Below, one piece after another: positions 58,051-64,000 of a stretch of 64,000 nt of DNA. Every line of letters starts with the position of its first letter. The stretch's first letter is position 1. Source of the stretch: the human T2T-CHM13v2.0 reference genome, Homo sapiens; NCBI RefSeq assembly GCF_009914755.1, contig NC_060928.1; one strand, given 5' to 3'. The notes below the pieces were generated by a model. The model was given only the letters and a program-made list of their open reading frames with translations. It was not told the origin of the DNA and ran no database searches. A program made the position numbers and the translations under genes.

Positions 58051-59459
58051 TTGCTATGCATATCATTTTCCTATGTTTATTGCCTAAAATTATTTACTTA
58101 AGGTGAGATATCTGATTATAACAATACTTGATTGAGTTCTTTAAATTTGGATCTTATAAATATGAATAAGTACAAACATTTGTATATTTGTTGAGAAAGA
58201 CTGGATCTATGCCATATGTAATTATATACATTTTACTTAGTTGACCTCAGTAACTATAACTGGCAAAGTATACAACGGGCTCTGCATCAACATTCAGCTT
58301 CTTTTCTTAGTAATTAGTAAAGACTATTCTACATACTTCTTTGATTAGTTTGATTTTTTTCTCCCTTTTACCAGCCTCTTCCTCTCACTTAACATATGCA
58401 TTTATTTACAGTCTCTTTTGAATTGTCTCTGTTAATTGATTATAGAATTCTCCCTTCAATGTGGTCTACTAGATACTGCTTGCTTAATTTATATTTTAAC
58501 CAATCAAATTTTGATTTCTTGCTATTGCAGCATAACTGTATAACATTAGTTTTGTGTACCTGTTTCTGCATGCTGTTGGCCAGTGCCAAAGAAAGACATT
58601 TTAGCATTTTTTTAAATTAAAAAAATTTCTGATTGGAATGTGAGCTACGTTATGATTTAATTTATTGGGCAGAGAATTGCTAGTATAATTCCTATATTGC
58701 AATGTTAAATATACGTACTGCTTGTTTATAAATTCAGTGAGTTTAGAATTTTAACCACATCAATGTTGACATCGTATGGAAAACACTAGCTTACTAAAGT
58801 GGCGAATGAAATATTATGTTTCAAGAAACGGCTTGTCTTATACCAAACTCCATATTCTTTCTACTGTCTCATCATGACTCTACTATGCATCTATCAGGCT
58901 TCCATACAGACAAGAAGGAAGTTGGGATTAAAATAAGAAGATCTTCTAAATATGCTCAGGTGTTGGTAATTTAAGTCAAAATTTATCAGCTTACTACTCT
59001 GTCACTCTTATAAAAGTATAGATGTTGAAAGATGATTTTTTTCTACTGCTCTGGTCATGAGTCTACGCTTGTTCTCTTATGCAATTCATATGGGAAAATA
59101 CAGAATTGAATAATCTTACCATTGCCATTGTATTGCTAAACTAAGACAATGTGCTCCTTCCTCAAATCCTGCTAACCCTGCTTTTGAGATATATGGCACT
59201 AGTCAATCTCTAAAGGCTAATGATAATCATACAAGATAAAATAAGAGCACTTCTTTTCCAGGAGTAGGATATTATAAAATTACAGAAAAGCCAAAGATCA
59301 CTTAATTTAATATGGGGCATATTAATTTAGCATCCAAGGAAATTGAAATAGAGTCAAATTACTCAGTAAACCTGGGCATCCTGTTCTTGTTTTTATTTTG
59401 CTACACTAAAGTTTATATCAAGAGGAGTGTTTTGAGTACTGTGACCAAAAAAAAAAAAA

Positions 59460-59829
59460 GTTTATTGAATTTTGCTTTTTATTGCTTCTGCTTGGGCACA
59501 TGGAAAACCACACTTCCTAGCTTGTTAGGCAGATCATTTGACTATTTTTGATGAAAGATTTTGAGCATAAAGGACATTTGTCACTTCTGGCCTGAAGCAA
59601 TAGAAACTCCCTATGTAATTTTTCAATTTTTCTTCTTTGAAGCAGATATCTTGATAAAGTCTTTTTGAGCTGGCAGAGCCACAAGATTGAAGTGAACTTT
59701 ATTCCTCCTGCTTGAGGACAGCCTTCTTGGGCTTTTTTGAGTGAGAAATAAACTTTGCTTACATTAAGCCACTGAGATATGGGGTTGTTTGCTACCCAAG
59801 GAAAAGCCTATACTTTTCTGACTTATTCA
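59460..59829 (+). mobile_element. Old MaLR solo LTR (MLT1I/J-like)
   Basis: gagtgagaaataaactttg...ttaagccactgagatatggggttgtttgctac...ctgacttattca. Confidence 0.75.
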
Positions 59830-61207
59830 AGTACTTAAAGATGCTAAGGGGGAGCCTTAACATCTTTGTGAATACTAGAGTTAAAAAAGAAACAAAAAAC
59901 AAACCCACGGTTTTGTAAACTAGAAAACCACTGACTTAAAGTCAGATGCAAATAGACAAGCTTGCAAACTGGGGAACAATTATTATAAATTGAATGCATG
60001 CTATGTGGGACTGGTACCTCTGGTTTTATTTCCTTTTAGAATTTACTTCATCTTCCACTGCAACTACATTGCACATTTAGGAGAGGAGAAATGCATATTA
60101 GAAGCATAAAAATAGAATTCTTTCCTTGAGTAGACACCACCTGCTCTGTGCAGAGTTTTTTATTCTCTTTTTAATTTTAGCAAGGTGCATTTGACAAGAT
60201 TTTTCTATCTGAGGAATACTGTCAATGAAGGAAGTGGATCTGCTTTATTCTGGAGAAATGCTATGAGTAATGATAGTCACAGATCAGCAGCACTGTAAGA
60301 AGGTATTGCAGCATAATCAAATGCTGCCTGTGGACTAGCAGAGTGATTAAACAATCAATCATTGGTTCTTGGAGAATTGTATCTGTCTGTTTAAAATAAT
60401 TTAAACCTACTGATGTATAGATTCTTAATTTAAAATTTCTTACATGCCTAGCAGACTGAGCATCATTTTTTTAAAAAGTTAATAATTAAGGAGTAGTTTG
60501 GTAACAGTAGAAACAATTGGCATGTTGTGTACTTGGCCAAAAAAATATTGGCTGTATTTTGACTTGGCGGCAGGAACATAGACTGTTAAAGTGTTGCTTT
60601 CCTTGGTATGATGGCACTGGCAGAGGATGACTATCTACTACACAGTTAGAAAAACAAAATAACAAAGATTTGCATTTAAAAATGTTTTTAATAATTTAAT
60701 AAGATTTATAGCTCAATATAACTGGCAACTATTTGTGGTATACTTGTTAAGCATATTTGTGGTATTTTTTCACTAGAAAAACAGACTGTAATTAAAAAGC
60801 AGTGGTATTTGTACTTAAAAAAGAGTAGGTGACTCGAGAATATATAATTTTAATTAGCAAATATATTTATTTGTGTATATTACCGCCATATTATGTGCAC
60901 GTTGTGAGCTTATAGATGAATGAATAGACATTTGAACACTTTGTATGTACTTGTAACATTGATAGATGTTCTCTAAATTGAGGTGCATTTGTAAAAATAA
61001 TATTTTACAAAACTTTGTGAATATCTTTCCTTCATAAAACAGGATCTAGATATGGGTATTAATGTGAATTAATCATCTTCCTTTTAATGTCTTAGAAGTT
61101 CCCATTTTAATCTTGGATCCATCTTGGGTTGATGAAACCTAAAAGGAACTTAAAACTAGACTTAGAATACTCTCTCCTGAAAAAGTGCTCATTTCTAAGA
61201 TGGAACC

Positions 61208-61665
61208 ATGGTTGTACATTGAATTAAGGCCCCCATTCTCTACTCTTCCCTATATCCACTTCCTTTGCTCTATGAATTTTCAGTTTTTCTCACAAACAGT
61301 GGATTATTTCACTACACTTTGAATTAGAATTCTGCCATATGACATGCTTTGGTTAATAATCTGTCTGCTAGTGGAGGGGACATGAGTTGAGACTTTAAAT
61401 GTTTCATTATGATTGGGACTTCCTTTTATGCCTCTGCAATTACTTGGAGAAGAACATGCTTTAGCTAGACTACTGGTCTAAGGAGGAAGAGAAACATGTA
61501 GATCAGATGAAAGCTCTTAGATCTGCAATGTGTGGTGTGTGGTCACCACAGGTCGACATGTAACCACCCCAATATACCCATGAGAATAGTGTTGCACCGT
61601 TTTAAACCACTGGGTGCTGGGATGCTTTCTCATGTCATGTTACTGCAATGACAGCTGATGAATAA
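61208..61665 (+). mobile_element. Old MaLR solo LTR (MLT1H/I-like)
   Basis: gccatatgacatgctttgg...ttttaaaccactgggtgctgggatg...cagctgatgaata. Confidence 0.65.
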
Positions 61666-63149
61666 ACTAAAGAATTACATAGTTTTAAAAAATTAGAGCT
61701 GGATCATTTTTCTGGACTAAGGTGAAAATTTCTAAGATGTGAAAGAACTACTATCATCTAGTATTCTGTTTCTATTTATGAGCCCAGCAGGAAATATTAA
61801 AATGGGTCAGTACATTTTATTATTTTTGCTCATGGGTGCCAATATCTACTTCCCTTTTTTTTAAGATGTGGATTTTTTCTATCTTGACACTTGAGACCTT
61901 AAAATTCTCTGTAACTTTTTACCTGTATGGGATGTCTTTTAAAATTATCTAGATAATTCTGAAATTTCTCAGTTTCATTAACTTTCCTTTTATTTAAGAT
62001 ATCTACCTGATTCCTTTAGCCTTATATACTATATTCTGACTACACTTAAACTTACCTATCTGATTTCTTTAGTCTTGTATACTATATCCTAGCTAAAGTT
62101 ACCTATTATTGTCCTGCTATGTCACCAGATAGACCTTAGTACTATATATGGCACAACAATTTCTTACTTTCCTTAAAATTTAAAAATATCAAATTGGTAT
62201 GTAGACATCTAGCAACATGATTTTTAAAGATATATACTTATCTTGATTTTATCCAGCTCTCATTATATGAACAATAGCTGATAATCTGTTACTTATAAGG
62301 CATCTATGATCCAAGTCTTAGTCTATAATCTGAGACATTTTATTGTTAAAGTGTTTATAAATCCTGAGGCTGGATGTAAGAAGCTAAAATTAAAAGTGCT
62401 AGAAAAAAACCTAATACTTTTTTTCTTAACATTTGAAGAAGTATAGATAAAAGAGCTCCAAGCAGAGACAAAAGAAGAACTAAAGTGATCAAAGTCAGAA
62501 GAGCAATGTTTGCCATCTGCCTTCCAGATTTATTATGGGTGCGCCTTATGACTAACTCGTGGGTTTATGTGGGATGTTATTGTGAAAATCACTATAAGAT
62601 ATATAACATGAGCGAATGGAAAAGCAGAAGGCTATTCAAACACATTTGAGCTATAGTCCTTTAGTAACAGCTGGCTCATTTTACAATTTTTTTATTTCAG
62701 ACAGGGTAATATCCTGGTGGCAAAAATCCAAAACCAGTATAAATTTCTTTCACTTTATAAAAAGCTTTTCTTTAACAACTATAATATGAAACAATAGGTT
62801 TTGATTTTGTGATGCAATATTAAATTGCCTCAATCAGATATAAGTATGTTTGGATAATTCTAGTATATAACTTTTGTGTGCTTGCACATTTTTTATCATC
62901 AGAGATATTTTCTAAAATTATTAAATATTACATTTAAAATAGTTAACTGATTATGTGCTACAACTTTCAGAATACACAGAAATATAAATAATTTTAGGAC
63001 CAGGCCAGTTATTAAACTATTCATTAGTTTAAACTCTAACTAGACACAATTATGATTCTTCTTCTTTGGGATTTTTTTAACCGAGGAATTAATGTTTAAT
63101 ATTGTAGTGAATGTTCATAGGAAAGTAAGATATATTTATATAATCTTTA

Positions 63150-63290
63150 AGTGCAAGCTTTGATTGAAATATTTTATCTATGTATACATATGCACAAATT
63201 CCAAAGGTAAAGCTTCATACATTTTCGCAGTGTGAATGCACCTGTTTAACCTATACCCAGATATAGCAGTCTAGAAGTTCCTCTTACACA
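63150..63290 (-). mobile_element. Old L1 (L1ME-like) 3' fragment
   Basis: atgcacaaattccaaagg...gtgaatgcacctgtttaacctatacccagat. Confidence 0.45.
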
Positions 63291-63296
63291 CATTTG

Positions 63297-63520
63297 TTTT
63301 TTTTTTTTTTTTTTTTTTTTTTGAGATAAGAGTCTTGCTCTGTTGCCCAGGCTGGAGTGTAGTGGTGTGATCTTGGCTCACTGCAACCCCTCTGCCTCTG
63401 GATTAAAGTGATTCTCCTGCCTCAGCCTCCTGAGTAGCTGGGATTACAGGCGTGCACCACCATGCCTGGCTAATTTTTGTATTTTTAGTAGAGACGGCGT
63501 TTCACCATATTGGACAGGCT
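63297..63520 (-). mobile_element. 5'-truncated AluS
   Basis: Poly(T), right arm and linker; ends at tttcaccatattggacaggct. Confidence 0.93.
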
Positions 63521-63702
63521 TTTTAATAACTCAGTACCTTCACTTTCATCAAGAATAACCACTAACAATTGTATATTAAAAAATTATTTCAAAATCAAAT
63601 TTTCTGGAGTTTCTTTTTCTAGTAAGCAAAGCATCTCTTTATCATATGAAAATGGACTGAGAGCATATGTTAGAGTTTGAAAGTAGTTTACCATATGCCG
63701 AC

Positions 63703-64000
63703 TGTAGTGTTAAGTCATAAATGTCCTCAAATCCTTTGACACTCCTCCCATCAAAAGGTGAAATCTATGTTTCCTTCCCTTGAATCTGGATGGACTTTTG
63801 ACTATTTAGGAAGAAATGCTGAATGCCTTCAGAGGCTAAATCAGATAGAGCTTCTACCCGATGGTTTTTGAAAGTTCACACTAAAACACAGCCTTCAACC
63901 TCTGATAGCCTAGCAGCCATATGAATAGGCCATATAGAGATGCTCCAGCCAATAGCACTAGATGGGGTTCCAGATGATAGTCAGCATCACTTCAAGATAA
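63703..64000 (+). mobile_element. MaLR LTR (MLT1F/G/H-like) running off the window end
   Basis: tcctttgacactcctcccatcaaaaggtgaaatctatgtttccttcccttgaatctgg. Confidence 0.7.

Overview
AT-rich, CpG-depleted primate (most likely human) genomic DNA that looks like an intergenic region or a large intron. I find no credible cellular protein-coding gene, RNA gene or CRISPR array. Nearly all listed ORFs come from retroelements, microsatellites or chance. The window is a layered record of transposition: ancient L2/MIR pieces; old L1M elements, two of them 5'-inverted (twin-primed) and one near-full-length with target-site duplications (TSDs); many MaLR/ERVL LTRs; two complete MaLR elements (THE1 4089-6430, MST 27023-29419); a near-complete HERV-L provirus with MLT2A LTRs (31399-38235); a near-full-length L1PA2/PA3-type element (38972-45012, minus strand); five Alus including a near-consensus AluYc1; and a Tigger2-type DNA transposon. 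The most unusual observations are (i) two linked templated insertions in the HERV-L (221 bp of integrase copied into gag, and the adjacent 36 bp copied inverted into the 3' UTR), (ii) several perfect DUX4 motifs in the LTRs, (iii) an L1 that lacks only its YY1-site tip and keeps an open ORF0, and (iv) fold-back or templated micro-insertions. I cannot support a claim of a new biological system. Subfamily names come from remembered consensus sequences, not from a database search.
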